In this document: one piece after another, positions 10,467 to 21,002 of the stretch
Layout: each line of letters begins with the position of its first letter
Position numbering within the stretch: the first letter of the stretch is position 1
Assembly: GCA_963752285.1 (NCBI GenBank)
Contig: CAVVXN010000005.1
Span: forward strand, 2,144,001-2,208,000
Origin: an uncultured Planctomycetota bacterium
GTDB taxonomy: Bacteria > Planctomycetota > PLA2 > JAEUHO01
Direction of reading: 5' to 3'
Length of the DNA stretch: 64,000 nucleotides
Made by a program: the position numbers and the translations under genes
Notes under the pieces: model-generated
Told to the model about the DNA's origin: nothing
Seen by the model: only the letters and a program-made list of their open reading frames with translations
Databases searched by the model: none

Positions 10467-11483
10467 ATGCCGGGCAAGTTCAAGCCGGGGGACGCAGTCC
10501 CGCCGGGAATCAGGAGCCTTCTCGACGCCGCGAAGGCTTTGCGCCCCGGAGTGGAACACCCGACGCTGCCGCCGGGAGTCGCAGCGCGACCGTTGGGCGC
10601 TGGGCCGACTGGCGAGGCGTTTCGCGGTCTTGCCCCCGGTCTAGCGGGCGCAGGGGCTGCGCGCGTGGGGCGGAAGTGTTGCCAAGACTCGGCTGCCCGG
10701 GTTGCGCAGCAGCTGGGCCTCTCGGCCTCCCAACTCCCTCGCGTGGTTCCTCCGGCGCCAGGGGAAACCCTGACCGAGCCCCGTCCAGACGTTCTGATTC
10801 CGGGGATTCCCGACTTTCTGATTCCGGGGATTCCCGGTGATGGAAATGGTGGCGGTGGTGGGTGCTCCGGCAGCCATTGCGAGTTGGTCGTCTTTACCTC
10901 GGACGAGCAGCTGGAGGCGATGGATGAGATTGGCACGCATCTGATGTCGGTCAGGGACCGGGCGTTCGAGGCGCGACAGCAGAACCCTCGTACTGCGCTG
11001 GCCATCCCGGATCCGCACTTGGGAGGCCCTCGGCGCTCGACTGCGCCGTTCTCTGGCGGGCCGATCCCGGGCACGACAGTCCAGGTTGCATCAGCCTTCA
11101 TGGCCGTATTGTTCTACGATTGCGAGTGCGTGCAGGTGGCCGAGATCCTCTGGGACATTGAGGATGAAATCGCACCGGACGGAACCATTCACTGGCGACC
11201 TGACGCGCAGGAGGAGGTCGCGAAGATCACGATCGGGAATCGCCTGAATGACGAGGCAGACAAATTCAACGGCTCTTGCTGGAAGGCCGTCGTTGACACG
11301 CCTGCCCACCATCAGCGGATGTGGGCCGGGCAGCGTCCTAGGCCCGACCCAAAGCCGAGGGACGGCCTGTGGCGCATCACCGGGCATGTTCGTTGGGCGA
11401 ATGGCTCGGAGTGCGTAAAGAAGGAATACGTGCGCGTCGCGCAGGGTGTCCCGCGACGCGTGGTCATGGTGGGGGCCCGTTAG
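10467..11483 (+). CDS. Hypothetical protein (cargo 1, gene b): Pro/Gly-rich N-half, Cys-containing C-domain
   Basis: RBS GGAGG; 338 aa; linker GDGNGGGGGC. Confidence 0.7.
   Translation: MPGKFKPGDAVPPGIRSLLDAAKALRPGVEHPTLPPGVAARPLGAGPTGEAFRGLAPGLAGAGAARVGRKCCQDSAARVAQQLGLSASQLPRVVPPAPGETLTEPRPDVLIPGIPDFLIPGIPGDGNGGGGGCSGSHCELVVFTSDEQLEAMDEIGTHLMSVRDRAFEARQQNPRTALAIPDPHLGGPRRSTAPFSGGPIPGTTVQVASAFMAVLFYDCECVQVAEILWDIEDEIAPDGTIHWRPDAQEEVAKITIGNRLNDEADKFNGSCWKAVVDTPAHHQRMWAGQRPRPDPKPRDGLWRITGHVRWANGSECVKKEYVRVAQGVPRRVVMVGAR
10788..10835 (+). repeat. 2 x 24-bp tandem repeat (DVLIPGIP/DFLIPGIP)
   Basis: GACGTTCTGATTCCGGGGATTCCC / GACTTTCTGATTCCGGGGATTCCC. Confidence 0.9.
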
Positions 11484-11511
11484 CGTGGGTCTGCCTCGTA
11501 AGAGAGTTCTG

Positions 11512-12024
11512 ATGGCGTCCCCAGCGGGAAGTTTCGGCCTCCGCGCCGGGACTCGGGCGCTGCGCGTGGGTTTGCTGCTACCTACTCTGCTTGCCGCCGT
11601 CTCGGGCTGCTCATCTCAGGCTCTTAGTGAACGAGGTACAATTTGCAGCCTTTGTGTCCGGGACGACGGATCTGTGAGGCTGCTGGAGCGCGACAGGGCG
11701 GCGAGGGCGCGAAGGTCAGCTCGCGTCGCGGCCGTTACACAGGATCCCTGCATACGCCGGATGCTGGAGAGTGGAATTATCGAGGTCGGCATGCGCGTCG
11801 AGGAGATACGTGCCTCTTGGGGAGCCGACGCCACGGACCCGATAGACGAGGACGGGCCTAGCTGCCACGTGATTGACTACGTGACTACCGGCATGAAGCC
11901 AGAGTCCTGGACGGTCCTCTTCCGGGGCGTGGAGTTGAGCTATGCCTGCATGGCGGCGTGCCAGCGCTGGGAGGATGGGCGTTTGGTGGGAATCTCGTGC
12001 AGGGGAACCAGTCGCACTGAGTAA
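11512..12024 (+). CDS. Lipoprotein with BamE/SmpA-like motif (cargo 1, gene c)
   Basis: Lipobox AVSGC; IEVGMRVEEIRASWG. Confidence 0.6.
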   Translation: MASPAGSFGLRAGTRALRVGLLLPTLLAAVSGCSSQALSERGTICSLCVRDDGSVRLLERDRAARARRSARVAAVTQDPCIRRMLESGIIEVGMRVEEIRASWGADATDPIDEDGPSCHVIDYVTTGMKPESWTVLFRGVELSYACMAACQRWEDGRLVGISCRGTSRTE

Positions 12025-12169
12025 GTTGGTCGAGCTCGACCTCCCCCCATCGACGTAGCCGTCAGATAGTCGGTCGAGATCTTGTAGCCGAGAATGCCAG
12101 CGGAACTCGGGGACGATCTATGGTAGGATGCGCGCGCGCCGATCCCAGCCGGCGCGAGCCGAGGCACCG

Positions 12170-12652
12170 ATGCCTTCGAAGCCGCGCACGCTCGCTGGGA
12201 TCCTACGCAGCCGCCGCCACGCGGACCGGGAGTACAACCGGGCGCGTCGCGACCCCGTCGTGGCCCGGATCCACGGGTCCGCCCGCTGGCAGGCCGTACG
12301 GGCCCAGGTGCTCCGCGACGAGCCCGTCTGCAGGGAGTGCGCACGCCTTGGGCTGACCGAGCCCGCTACCCAGGTGGACCACGTCGTCCCCCTGGCCGTG
12401 GCCCCCCAGCTCGCGTTCGATCGGGCCAACCTCGCCCCGACCTGCACCGCCTGCCACGCCCGCAAGAGCCAGGCCGAGCGAGTGAGGCTGAAGGGAGGGG
12501 TAGGGGGGAGTAAGGGCTCTCAGGCCGAGGGCGCCACGAGCGGGGCGCGGGGCATGCGTCGATTTTCACGGGATAGCCAAAACGTCTCCGGCGGCCGGGA
12601 GAGCCCTGGAAATGGACCTCCGCGGGGGTCCCCTCCCGGGAGCCGGCCGTGA
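12170..12652 (+). CDS. Terminase-associated HNH endonuclease, copy A
   Basis: W..VRAQVLRDEPVCREC, VDHVVPL, NLAPTCTACHARKS. Confidence 0.9.
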   Translation: MPSKPRTLAGILRSRRHADREYNRARRDPVVARIHGSARWQAVRAQVLRDEPVCRECARLGLTEPATQVDHVVPLAVAPQLAFDRANLAPTCTACHARKSQAERVRLKGGVGGSKGSQAEGATSGARGMRRFSRDSQNVSGGRESPGNGPPRGSPPGSRP

Positions 12653-12909
12653 TGCGCGTGGGACTGAAGTCCGCGAAGGGCGCCCTGTACGCCCTGGTCC
12701 GCGCCGTCGAGCAGGACGGCGAGCGGATCGTCCTGACCCGCCGCGGGCGCCCCGTCGCCGCCCTGCTCCCCGTGGGGGCGATCGAGGCGCTCGACCTCCT
12801 CGGGCGCCTGCTCCCCGACGTGGCCGACGTGGCGGCCGGGCTCGGCGACCCGGACCCCGAGGCCCCGGGCCTGGGCCCCGCCCCGGGCCCCGCGGAGGCG
12901 GCGCCGTGA
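12649..12909 (+). CDS. Phd/YefM antitoxin-like protein 1, copy A
   Basis: LVRAVEQDGERIVLTRRGRPVAALLP. Confidence 0.8.
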   Translation: MMRVGLKSAKGALYALVRAVEQDGERIVLTRRGRPVAALLPVGAIEALDLLGRLLPDVADVAAGLGDPDPEAPGLGPAPGPAEAAP

Positions 12910-13169
12910 CCGCCCCCGCCCCCCGCGCCGTCGCCGTCCGGCGCCTGCGGGCGACGCTCCGGGCCGTGGTCCGGGCCGTCGAGGAGGGCGGCGAGCCGGT
13001 GGTCCTCACCCGTCACGGCCGCCCGGTCGCCGCTCTCGTCCCCGTGGAGACGCTGGATCTGCTCTCTCCGGACGCCCCGACTGCTCTGCGCTCTCCGCTC
13101 TCGGCCGCTCTCGGCTCGCCTCCCGCCGACCAGAGCCCGGCCGCCACCCCGTCCCCGGAGGCCCCCTGA
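12906..13169 (+). CDS. Phd/YefM antitoxin-like protein 2, copy A
   Basis: GTG start overlapping the upstream stop; VVRAVEEGGEPVVLTRHGRPVAALVP. Confidence 0.75.
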   Translation: MTAPAPRAVAVRRLRATLRAVVRAVEEGGEPVVLTRHGRPVAALVPVETLDLLSPDAPTALRSPLSAALGSPPADQSPAATPSPEAP

Positions 13170-14392
13170 TGGTCGCCCCCTCCTCGAATCTCGGCCGGGT
13201 CCGCCTGGAGACCCGCCGCGTCGCCGACCTCGTGCCGGCGGCCTACAACCCGAGAATCATCTCGACCGAGGCTCTCGCCGGCCTCGGGGAGTCGATCGGC
13301 CGCTACGGGCTCGTGCAGCCGATCATCGTGAACGTCCGCAGCGGCAACGTAGTCGGCGGCCACCAGCGGCTGAAGGTGCTGGAGGCGAAGGGGGTCGAGA
13401 GCACCGACGTCGTCGTGATCGACGTCGAGGAGGCCGAGGAGAAGGCGCTCAACCTCGCGCTGAACTCGCCTCGGATCTCGGGCGAGTGGACGGCCGACGC
13501 GCTGGGCCTCCTCGAGGAGGTCGTGGGCGCGCTTCCCGACCTCGGCGACGCGCTGCTCCTCTCCGGCCTCCGGGGCGACCTGGAGAAGCTCTTCCCGCAG
13601 GAGGCCGGCGACATCGTCGAGGATCCGGTCCCCGATCCCCCGGACGACCCGATCACGAAACCGGGCGACCTGATCGTGCTCGGGAGCCACCGGCTCCTCT
13701 GCGGGGACTCGGGGAGCGAGGAGGACCTCGATCGGCTGCTCGCCGGCGCGCCGGTCCATCTGCTGAACACCGACCCTCCGTACAACGTGAAGGTCGAACC
13801 GCGGTCCAACAACGCGATCCGCGCTGGGCTCTCCTCGTTCCAGGCACCCGAGAAGCGCCACCACCAGGCGCTCGATCTCGCGCGACACCCCGAGAAGGCA
13901 AAGCCCACGCACCGGAAGATGCGCGCGAAGGACCGGCCGCTGGAGAACGACTTCCTCTCCGACGAGGAGTTCGAGCAGCGCCTGCGGGCGTGGTTCGGAA
14001 ACGCCTCGCGCGTGATGCTGCCCGGGCGCGCGGCCTACATCTGGGGCGGCTACGCGAACGTGGCGAACTACCCGCCGGCCTTGAAGGAGGCCGGCTTCTA
14101 CTTCTCCCAGACGATCATCTGGGACAAGCAGCACCCCGTGCTCACGCGCAAGGACTTCATGGGTGCGCACGAGTGGTGCTTCTACTCGTGGAAGATCGGC
14201 GCCGCGCACGCGTTCTACGGGCCGCCGAACGTGCCGGACCTGTGGAGCCTGAAGAAGATCTCGCCCCAGAAGATGGTCCATCTCACGGAGAAGCCCGTCG
14301 AGCTCGCCGCCCGCGCGCTCCAGTACTCCTCGAAGAAGGGCGAGAACGTGCTCGACCTCTTCGGCGGCTCTCGGGGACCTCGATCGACTTGA
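13169..14392 (+). pseudogene. ParB-N6/N4 DNA methyltransferase, copy A, C-terminally truncated
   Basis: YNPR..GGHQR ParB domain, TDPPYN; breaks at VLDLFGGS (~14370) into an inverted terL fragment. Confidence 0.88.
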
Positions 14393-14480
14393 AGGCGCGG
14401 TAGACCCGCGAGCGCGAGAGCAGTTCGGGGCGCTTGGCCACCATGTGCATGGCGTGGCGGAAGATCAGGGCGGCCTGGCA
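14372..14480 (-). pseudogene. Internal terL fragment (copy B)
   Basis: QAALIFRHAMHMVAKRPELL..VYRAFKSIEVPE matches ~25635-25742. Confidence 0.85.
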
Positions 14481-14821
14481 CCACCTCGAAGAGGTCCCGA
14501 TCGGCACGCTCGGGGACGCCTACCTCCACGAGCACGGGCCCCTTTGCCCTCGGGGCCCGGGCGGCCTCGAGCTGGCGGACCCAGCGCCCCAGCGTGACCG
14601 TCGCGATGCCGACCTCCCGGCAGAACGCCACGCGGCTCTGGCCAGACTCCCGCCAACGCGTCACGACCTCGCCGATCGCCGTGAGCCGCGCCTCCCCTCG
14701 TAGCGCCCGCATCCGTTGGCCCAGGCTCCCCGGCTCGTTCGCTCGATCCGCCATGTCGACCTCCGGCCGACATCATGCCCGCGCCGGGAGTCCGCGGAAC
14801 CTGGGATGACGGGACGCATAC
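14481..14821 (-). mobile_element. IS66-family left-end remnant with TnpA-like ORF
   Basis: End GTATGCGTCC at 14821, inserted in the HNH gene; WRESGQSRVAFCREVGIA..TL.RW HTH. Confidence 0.7.
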
Positions 14822-14974
14822 CTCGTCGCGGAGGACCTGGGCCCGGACAGCCTGCCACCGTGCGGAACCGTGGATGCGCGCAATGACCGGGTCGCGGCGG
14901 GCGCGGTTGTACTCCCGGTCCGCGTGGCGGCGGCTACGGAGGATCCCAGCGAGCGTCTTCGGCTTCGACGGCAT
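14822..14974 (-). pseudogene. HNH endonuclease 5' part, copy B
   Basis: MPSKPKTLAGILRSRR..VLRDE, cut by the IS66 end. Confidence 0.88.
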
Positions 14975-15165
14975 GGAGGCCTCGGGGCGAGCCCGCTGGG
15001 ATGAGCGCGACGGGAATCTACCACGCAGGAAGATCATAGGCGCGGTCGAAAGCCAGGCAGTCTGGCCCGTGCCCAGACGAATCGCATGCGACTTCTGCAG
15101 GGGCAGAGCGCCGGCGGAGGCGGGCAGATTCAGCAGATGCAGGCCACACGTTTTCCACCCGAGAG

Positions 15166-17127
15166 CTACTCAGGTATCTCGATGTCGTAGTCACCTTCTC
15201 CGGCAGCCAAGACAAGGAGTCCCACAGCACGGACTCCTCCGTTCGTTGCGGGCCCGCCCAGCACCCTCGGCCCCAAGTTCACATCCTCGTGATAATAGAC
15301 AGCGTATGTCCCCGGCGCGATGGGACCTACGGTCGTCCTCTGCCCCCACATCAAGGGCACAATCAGGCCATTCCTGTCTTCTTGCGTTGGCAGCCGGAGT
15401 TCGGCATGCCCGATGAGTGCAGTAACGTCTCCCCTTCGCAGTGCGATCCGCGCGACCGCCCATGTTCCCGGCGCGTTGTGCAGGAGGACGTCACGTGAGC
15501 CCACTTGCACGCGCGCGACGTCGAGCGTACGACGCATTTCGTACGGGGTGAAGGTGTAAGGGAACGTCGCAGCGCAGCCTAGATCAGACCCGGGCGGAAG
15601 GGGTATCGTTAGAGCCCAACGCCCATCGGGGTGAACCTCTGTCACCCAGAACTGGCCTGGCATGGCCAGGACGATCTCAGAGCGTTTCTCCTGGAAGTCA
15701 CGCCATGGTCGAGCTTGGATAACCACGCGCTGGCCCGCAACCGACGTGGGTCCCTCGAGTCTACCGGACAGCACACCGGCGGAGTCCACGCGCAACTCCT
15801 GTACCTCGATGTCCCCGGGCACTTTGAACCCCGAACCCCACGCATTGCGGTACGGGTCGGTGCTGACCTCGTAAACGCCGGGCCGTAGAGCGGAGGTCAG
15901 AAGCTCACCGTTTAGGTTGGTAGTCCAAGAGTCGGCGTGCGCAGTGGACGCACTCCCGCTGGGGTGGAACTCGGTAATGCCAGTATTGACATCCTCAGCA
16001 GGCTCTCCGGTCGCAAGTCGGCGGTAGCCTATGCCCAGATTCGGAAGTGCGGTCCCGTCCCGACCCACGAACCTGAGCCGGACGCGGTGACGCACGCCGA
16101 TGACAAGCCGGAGATCCGAGTCTGACCCGGCCTCCGCGAGGCTCTGCCACTCAAAAACTATCGGCCCTAGGTTCGGTTCCTTCACGATGGCGGTCACCGG
16201 CCCGTGCCGGTCGATCCGTAGCATCACCGGATCCCCATCGACCACCGTCGATCCCTCTGCGCTGCCAACCGCTTGGGTGATCACCGTAACCCCCACCCGC
16301 TTCCCGGAAAGCTCTGGGTTGTCACCCGAATCCACATAGACGGGGACCATGTCCACTGGCGAGTCGCGTGGCAGCACCAAACGTATCGTCTTCTCCTGCC
16401 CAGGCTGCACGGTCAACTGCTGCGGGACGGCGCTGAGCCGTCCCTCGGCGCCCGCCTGAACGTGAACGAACCCGACTACACCTGAGATACGTACCCGCCC
16501 CAAGCCGTCCGTCAGGTAAGGCCCCGTTCCCCATGCACTGACCGGACTCGTCCGGCACGGCACTCCAGCGAGAGGGTTCCCAGCGTCGTCCACAACCTCG
16601 ATGAGAACGCTCCCAGTTTCGAAGGCGATGACTCGGAGACGACGCTCGGCAGAGTCCGGCTCACTAGCGATGGTGACCTTGTTGAGTACGTGCGGTCCGG
16701 ACAAGAAGCCGGCCGGTTCGTCCACATAGGAAAGGCCCCAGGTAGCCGGCCCTTCGGCGGGCACATGGAGCCTATAGAGGGAGCCACGGGCCTCCGCCTG
16801 CACGGGTGTTGCTCCCACGCCGTCGAGCCTCAGCGCGGACAGCTGTCCTCCTGACACTGCGTTGCCCCGCCGATCCACGACCTCCACGGCAACCAGGATC
16901 GCTCGCTCGTCGGGCGACGCGTGTTCAGCTTGTTCCGCGGGTCTAGCATCCCCCCGCCCTTCAAGGCCGGGGTTGTCCACCTTCGTATCGACAGGCACAG
17001 GCTGTTGCGCCACGCTCCAACGCTTCTGTTCGTTGCGACAGAACAGCATGAGGCCGAGGACCAAGAAGATTCCGAGTATGGCAACTACGGTCAACCTGCG
17101 AGCCCTGGTAGCAAGGCCTCTAAACAT
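15166..17127 (-). CDS. Membrane-anchored protein with carboxypeptidase-regulatory-like beta-sandwich repeats (cargo 2)
   Basis: TM helix; VVD..G.PLAGV, TDGLGR, L.PG.Y repeats. Confidence 0.75.
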   Translation of the reverse strand: MFRGLATRARRLTVVAILGIFLVLGLMLFCRNEQKRWSVAQQPVPVDTKVDNPGLEGRGDARPAEQAEHASPDERAILVAVEVVDRRGNAVSGGQLSALRLDGVGATPVQAEARGSLYRLHVPAEGPATWGLSYVDEPAGFLSGPHVLNKVTIASEPDSAERRLRVIAFETGSVLIEVVDDAGNPLAGVPCRTSPVSAWGTGPYLTDGLGRVRISGVVGFVHVQAGAEGRLSAVPQQLTVQPGQEKTIRLVLPRDSPVDMVPVYVDSGDNPELSGKRVGVTVITQAVGSAEGSTVVDGDPVMLRIDRHGPVTAIVKEPNLGPIVFEWQSLAEAGSDSDLRLVIGVRHRVRLRFVGRDGTALPNLGIGYRRLATGEPAEDVNTGITEFHPSGSASTAHADSWTTNLNGELLTSALRPGVYEVSTDPYRNAWGSGFKVPGDIEVQELRVDSAGVLSGRLEGPTSVAGQRVVIQARPWRDFQEKRSEIVLAMPGQFWVTEVHPDGRWALTIPLPPGSDLGCAATFPYTFTPYEMRRTLDVARVQVGSRDVLLHNAPGTWAVARIALRRGDVTALIGHAELRLPTQEDRNGLIVPLMWGQRTTVGPIAPGTYAVYYHEDVNLGPRVLGGPATNGGVRAVGLLVLAAGEGDYDIEIPE

Positions 17128-17230
17128 CACACTCGTCTCCGAGATGGAAGCGTGGCTGCACACGCTGCCCCGTGGGGACCTGCGCGTGCGGCCACGCAGT
17201 GCAGCCGTAGATGCAAGGCGGCTCGCCTAG

Positions 17231-17977
17231 TCAGGGGGTGTAGCCAATGTTGACGTCGATCCTGGTCGTCTGGCTGAAGGAAGCGTGGACCGAGTGCAAG
17301 GGAATGCAGCTCGGGGGATCCGGATCCGGGGGGTTTGATCCCGTCCAGCTACCGTACGTGGAGTTGCCAGCTTCGGAGATAACGTACGGGGCGCTGGTGA
17401 AGGTGTACGGACCATCGGTACCCGTATAGGGCGTGCTGTTGATCTGGTCGGAGGTGTGCGGGGTCGGTGGCTGCGACCAGATGCTCGAGGTTCTGCTGTC
17501 GAGCGTCCCAGTAGGGGGAGTCGTAGAGGGTGGCGAGCCGACTTGCCCGCGGACGTAGAAGTACTGCAGATTGAGCGCGTAGCTGCCGCTGAACTGGCCG
17601 CCGCATGCGGTGGTGCAGCTCGCGGAGCCAGAAGGCGTCCACACCACAGCACCCCCGATCGTGTAGGTACCGGGCGGGTCCCCGCTCGGAGTCATGCTGA
17701 CCCGCTGGCTGTTGGGCCGTACGTCCCCGGCACCGCAGCTCTCCGGGCCGTGCTGGTCATTGCCGCTTTGGACGAGATTCCAGGTGGTCTGGTTCCAGAC
17801 GGTGTTGCCGTTCTGGCCGTAGGTGCGATTGGGCCCGGTGATGGACTGCCAGATGTCGCCAGACATCACGAAGCCGGTATTGGAAGTCGCGGTGAAACTC
17901 GCCGTGTACGCCAGCGCGCCGGCACCTCCCAACAGCCCCATCGCCAGCAGACACACGCTCATTTGCCAGAATCTCAT
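17231..17977 (-). CDS. Secreted Ser/Thr/Gly-rich protein (cargo 2)
   Basis: RBS GGAGGA; signal peptide MRFWQMSVCLLAMGLLGGAGALA. Confidence 0.8.
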   Translation of the reverse strand: MRFWQMSVCLLAMGLLGGAGALAYTASFTATSNTGFVMSGDIWQSITGPNRTYGQNGNTVWNQTTWNLVQSGNDQHGPESCGAGDVRPNSQRVSMTPSGDPPGTYTIGGAVVWTPSGSASCTTACGGQFSGSYALNLQYFYVRGQVGSPPSTTPPTGTLDSRTSSIWSQPPTPHTSDQINSTPYTGTDGPYTFTSAPYVISEAGNSTYGSWTGSNPPDPDPPSCIPLHSVHASFSQTTRIDVNIGYTP

Positions 17978-18149
17978 GTTTCCTCCTTGCTCGTTCCTTC
18001 TCCGGCCGTCGGGCCTCCCCCACACGGGCAGGCCTCATCCAGCCGCCACGGCAGGGTTGCCCCCCCCCCCAGTCACAGTTCTGTCACGGCCGGGGTGGGC
18101 ATGAACCGCTTCTGAACATGTCCCGCCGAGGCCCCTTGGCCGGGCAGAG

Positions 18150-18264
18150 CTACTGCACCTCCCCCTCGAACAGCACCCGCCCGTCCCGGTCGTGGAGCGT
18201 CACCCGCACGACCTCGCCCTCCGGGAGCCGCCCGTCGATCCGGATCTGCCGGGCGACCTGCCAG
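18150..18264 (-). pseudogene. 3' remnant of the conserved anchor ORF
   Basis: WQVARQIRIDGRLPEGEVVRVTLHDRDGRVLFEGEVQ*; homologous to 48286-48600. Confidence 0.85.
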
Positions 18265-18692
18265 TCATGCACGCTGTTCAACGTCCTTCCCTCAGCGCCT
18301 CGCGTCCCGTTCGATCTTCACCGCCACCTGATCGCTGTCTGCGCGCGACTCGATCCGCGTCACACCGAAGAGATGAACAGTAGCAGTCTCCCTCTCAACA
18401 CGTACGTCCGGGCCGAGGCCTGCGGACTGCTCTGGCCCCGGTGCCCGACCTGCGCCCGGGACGACCGGCCGGCGGGGAGCGCCGCCGGGTGCCGATGCTG
18501 CCGGGAGTTCGTGGAGGTCCACGGCCCCCGGGAGAGCGGGTGGATCTGATGCGCCCCTTCCAACCCCCTAGCGGCCCACGGACAGCCATTTTCAGGCCTC
18601 GGGGGCGGTCGAATCCTCTTGAGGTGCCCCCCGACCAGAGCCCTTATGCGACTCGACCGGCGGGGAGCGCCCCCGCCGCAAGGAGACTGACA

Positions 18693-19070
18693 ATGGCGAC
18701 GAAGAGCACGAAGAAGAAGGCCACCCGGAAGAAGGCGGCGAAGCGCCCGGCCCGGAAGGCCAAGGCCGCCCCCAGGCCGAAGGCCCCGGCGAAGGCGAAG
18801 GCCGCGCCGGCGAAGGCCGACGCGCCCGTCCGCGAGCGCGACCCGCGCCTGCCCCGCCCGGGCGGGGTCCTCACCCGCACGTTCCAGGGCAAGGAGCACC
18901 GGGTCCAGGTCCTCGACGCGGGCTTCCTCTACGACGGGAAGACGTGGCGCAGTCTCTCGGCGATCGCGAAGGCGATCTCCGGGACCGCGTGGAACGGGTA
19001 CCTGTTCTGGGGCCTCCAGAAGCGCGCGAAGGCGCCGGCCCAGAACGGCCAGACGGGCGGTGCCGAGTGA
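18693..19070 (+). CDS. DUF2924-domain protein with Lys/Ala-rich N-terminus, copy C
   Basis: PG.VLTRTFQGKEHRVQV..GFLYDGKTWRSLSAIAKAISGTAWNGYLFWGL. Confidence 0.85.
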   Translation: MATKSTKKKATRKKAAKRPARKAKAAPRPKAPAKAKAAPAKADAPVRERDPRLPRPGGVLTRTFQGKEHRVQVLDAGFLYDGKTWRSLSAIAKAISGTAWNGYLFWGLQKRAKAPAQNGQTGGAE

Positions 19071-19402
19071 CGCGCCGCACGACCGACCCCCGCCCCCTCC
19101 TTCGGGAGGGGGCGATGTACTGGGCCGACAACGGCCGGCGGATCTGTGCACGCTGCGCGGGCTCCTCCGCGCTCTACACGGGGCGCGACATCTCGGGGCA
19201 GCCCATCGAGCGGGCCTCGCTCCGCGACTCGGTGGACTGGCTCTCCTCGCTGGGATCCCTGCTCGCCTGCGAGCAGGGCTGCACGGTTCTCGGGCTGATC
19301 GCCGGCCGGGACGGGTGGCCGATGCCGCACCAGGGTCCGGTGCCAGAGGACGTGACCGCAGCGGTCGAGGACGCCATGCGGCGGATGGGCGGTGCCCGAT
19401 GA
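19067..19402 (+). CDS. Backbone hypothetical protein with CxxC
   Basis: Coupled GTGA overlap; a remnant recurs at ~48835-48870. Confidence 0.6.
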   Translation: MTRRTTDPRPLLREGAMYWADNGRRICARCAGSSALYTGRDISGQPIERASLRDSVDWLSSLGSLLACEQGCTVLGLIAGRDGWPMPHQGPVPEDVTAAVEDAMRRMGGAR

Positions 19403-19686
19403 CCGTCCCCTACGAGGTCAGGGTCGCGCCGGGGATCTGGATCCGCGTGGCCACGCTTGCCGAGGCGTCGCTGGCCGTCTGCCAGCACCGTGACGCCTAC
19501 AACTTCGGCTCCTCGAAGTGGGGCCAGGAGAGCGCGCCCGTCCGGGCCATCGGGACCACGAGAGCCATCGCCCGCGTCTCGTACAACGGCCGGGTCTGGA
19601 CACCCGAGCGCGACTGGCAGCGTCGATCGGAGATCACCGGCGCCGCCCTCCACGGGGCACCCCTCGCGAAGGGGGGGGCCCGGTGA
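19399..19686 (+). CDS. Backbone hypothetical protein (IARVSYNGRVW motif)
   Basis: Coupled ATGA overlap; phage-type small ORF. Confidence 0.6.
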   Translation: MTVPYEVRVAPGIWIRVATLAEASLAVCQHRDAYNFGSSKWGQESAPVRAIGTTRAIARVSYNGRVWTPERDWQRRSEITGAALHGAPLAKGGAR

Positions 19687-19901
19687 CGGCGGGCGGCGCG
19701 GTCCGCGTGCCCCCCGACGTCCGCGAGGGGCTCGAGGCCGTCCGGCTCTCGGGCCTCACGAACATGCTCGACCGCCCGGCGGTGGCCCGGATCGCCGCCG
19801 CCATGGGCTACGACGCCTGCGCGCGATGGGTCCTGGAGCACCGGGGGCTGTACGCGCGCGGGGTCTTCTACGGCTTCGAGGCCGAGGACGGCTGGGGTTG
19901 A
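19683..19901 (+). CDS. DUF5049-like protein, copy C
   Basis: LEAVRLSGLTNMLDRPAV..MGY. Confidence 0.75.
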   Translation: MTAGGAVRVPPDVREGLEAVRLSGLTNMLDRPAVARIAAAMGYDACARWVLEHRGLYARGVFYGFEAEDGWG

Positions 19902-20144
19902 CGGCCCTGAGGGGGGGACTGGGGGGGCCGTCCGGCCTGCGGGCCGCCCACCGGGCCCCGATCGACGGTGCAGCATTCGCGTTCTCGTAATGTTTGCGTG
20001 TCACCTTCCGGGGGTGACACACTGGGCAACGTGCCACAATCCCCGGGAAACCAGAGCACGGACGCCCCGTGCTGCGATGTCGGGCTCCAACTCGGCTGGA
20101 CGCGGCGCGGTTCGCCCGTATCCCCCATCAGGAGGCTTCTAGTC

Positions 20145-20990
20145 ATGCGCGCGCCGCTCCAAGGGCAGAACTGGTGTCGCGCCTTCGCGCGCGCCAACGT
20201 GCGGTTGCTGGCCGGTACTGGGCTCGCCTTCATGCTGATGCTTGGCCCGGGGAACGTGCGCGCGGACGATCCGCCGCCTCCCACAGGTGACGGCACCATA
20301 TGCTTCCAGATCAAGGGAACCGCTGGGGCCCAGGAGTCTGGAGAGATCAACTTCACGGCCTCGAAGAAGTCCAAGGACGATCCGGGCACGCCAGACACGG
20401 ATGAGGGCCAACTGAGTATCAGTGAGCCTATTCCCCAGCATGCAAGCCTCGAGGCAATCGTCGGGCTCATCGCCGATTCGTTGAACGAGGCGGGATGGAC
20501 CTCGCCCGAGGACTACGTCATCGCGGGCAACTGCATCAAGTTGAAGGACGTGAATGGGATTGATGGTGACCCTGGTGATACGTTGGTCGTCATGTCCTGG
20601 GCAACAAGTCGTGTCGATCTGCCAGTAACAGGCAGAAAGGTCAAGGTCACGGACAAGGGCGGGCCGAACCGAGGCCGTGGTGGATTCCTGTACATCGTCG
20701 GTGGGGGGCCGTTCATCAATTCCGCAGGAGAGAACGAAGTGGCAGTCGCTGACGTCATCGTGCCCTTCAACGATGAGGACAGCATCGTGGACATCATGGG
20801 CCACGCCGTGTTCCTGATGCGGAATAGCGGATGGTCCGTGGACTATGCCGCCGGGACTGCGGAGTTTGTAGTGCATACGCTGCCTGGCGGGCACATCATC
20901 GACGATTTGACTCTCTCGATTGAGTATGTCGATGGGGATACTCCACCGGAGTTGGAATGGCACTGGTCCATCGAGTTCGTGGACGACTGA
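20145..20990 (+). CDS. Secreted acidic hypothetical protein (cargo 3, paralog 1)
   Basis: RBS AGGAGG; signal peptide ending VRA; aligns by eye with 21003-21788. Confidence 0.75.
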   Translation: MRAPLQGQNWCRAFARANVRLLAGTGLAFMLMLGPGNVRADDPPPPTGDGTICFQIKGTAGAQESGEINFTASKKSKDDPGTPDTDEGQLSISEPIPQHASLEAIVGLIADSLNEAGWTSPEDYVIAGNCIKLKDVNGIDGDPGDTLVVMSWATSRVDLPVTGRKVKVTDKGGPNRGRGGFLYIVGGGPFINSAGENEVAVADVIVPFNDEDSIVDIMGHAVFLMRNSGWSVDYAAGTAEFVVHTLPGGHIIDDLTLSIEYVDGDTPPELEWHWSIEFVDD

Positions 20991-21002
20991 GGGAGCAGAC
21001 CC

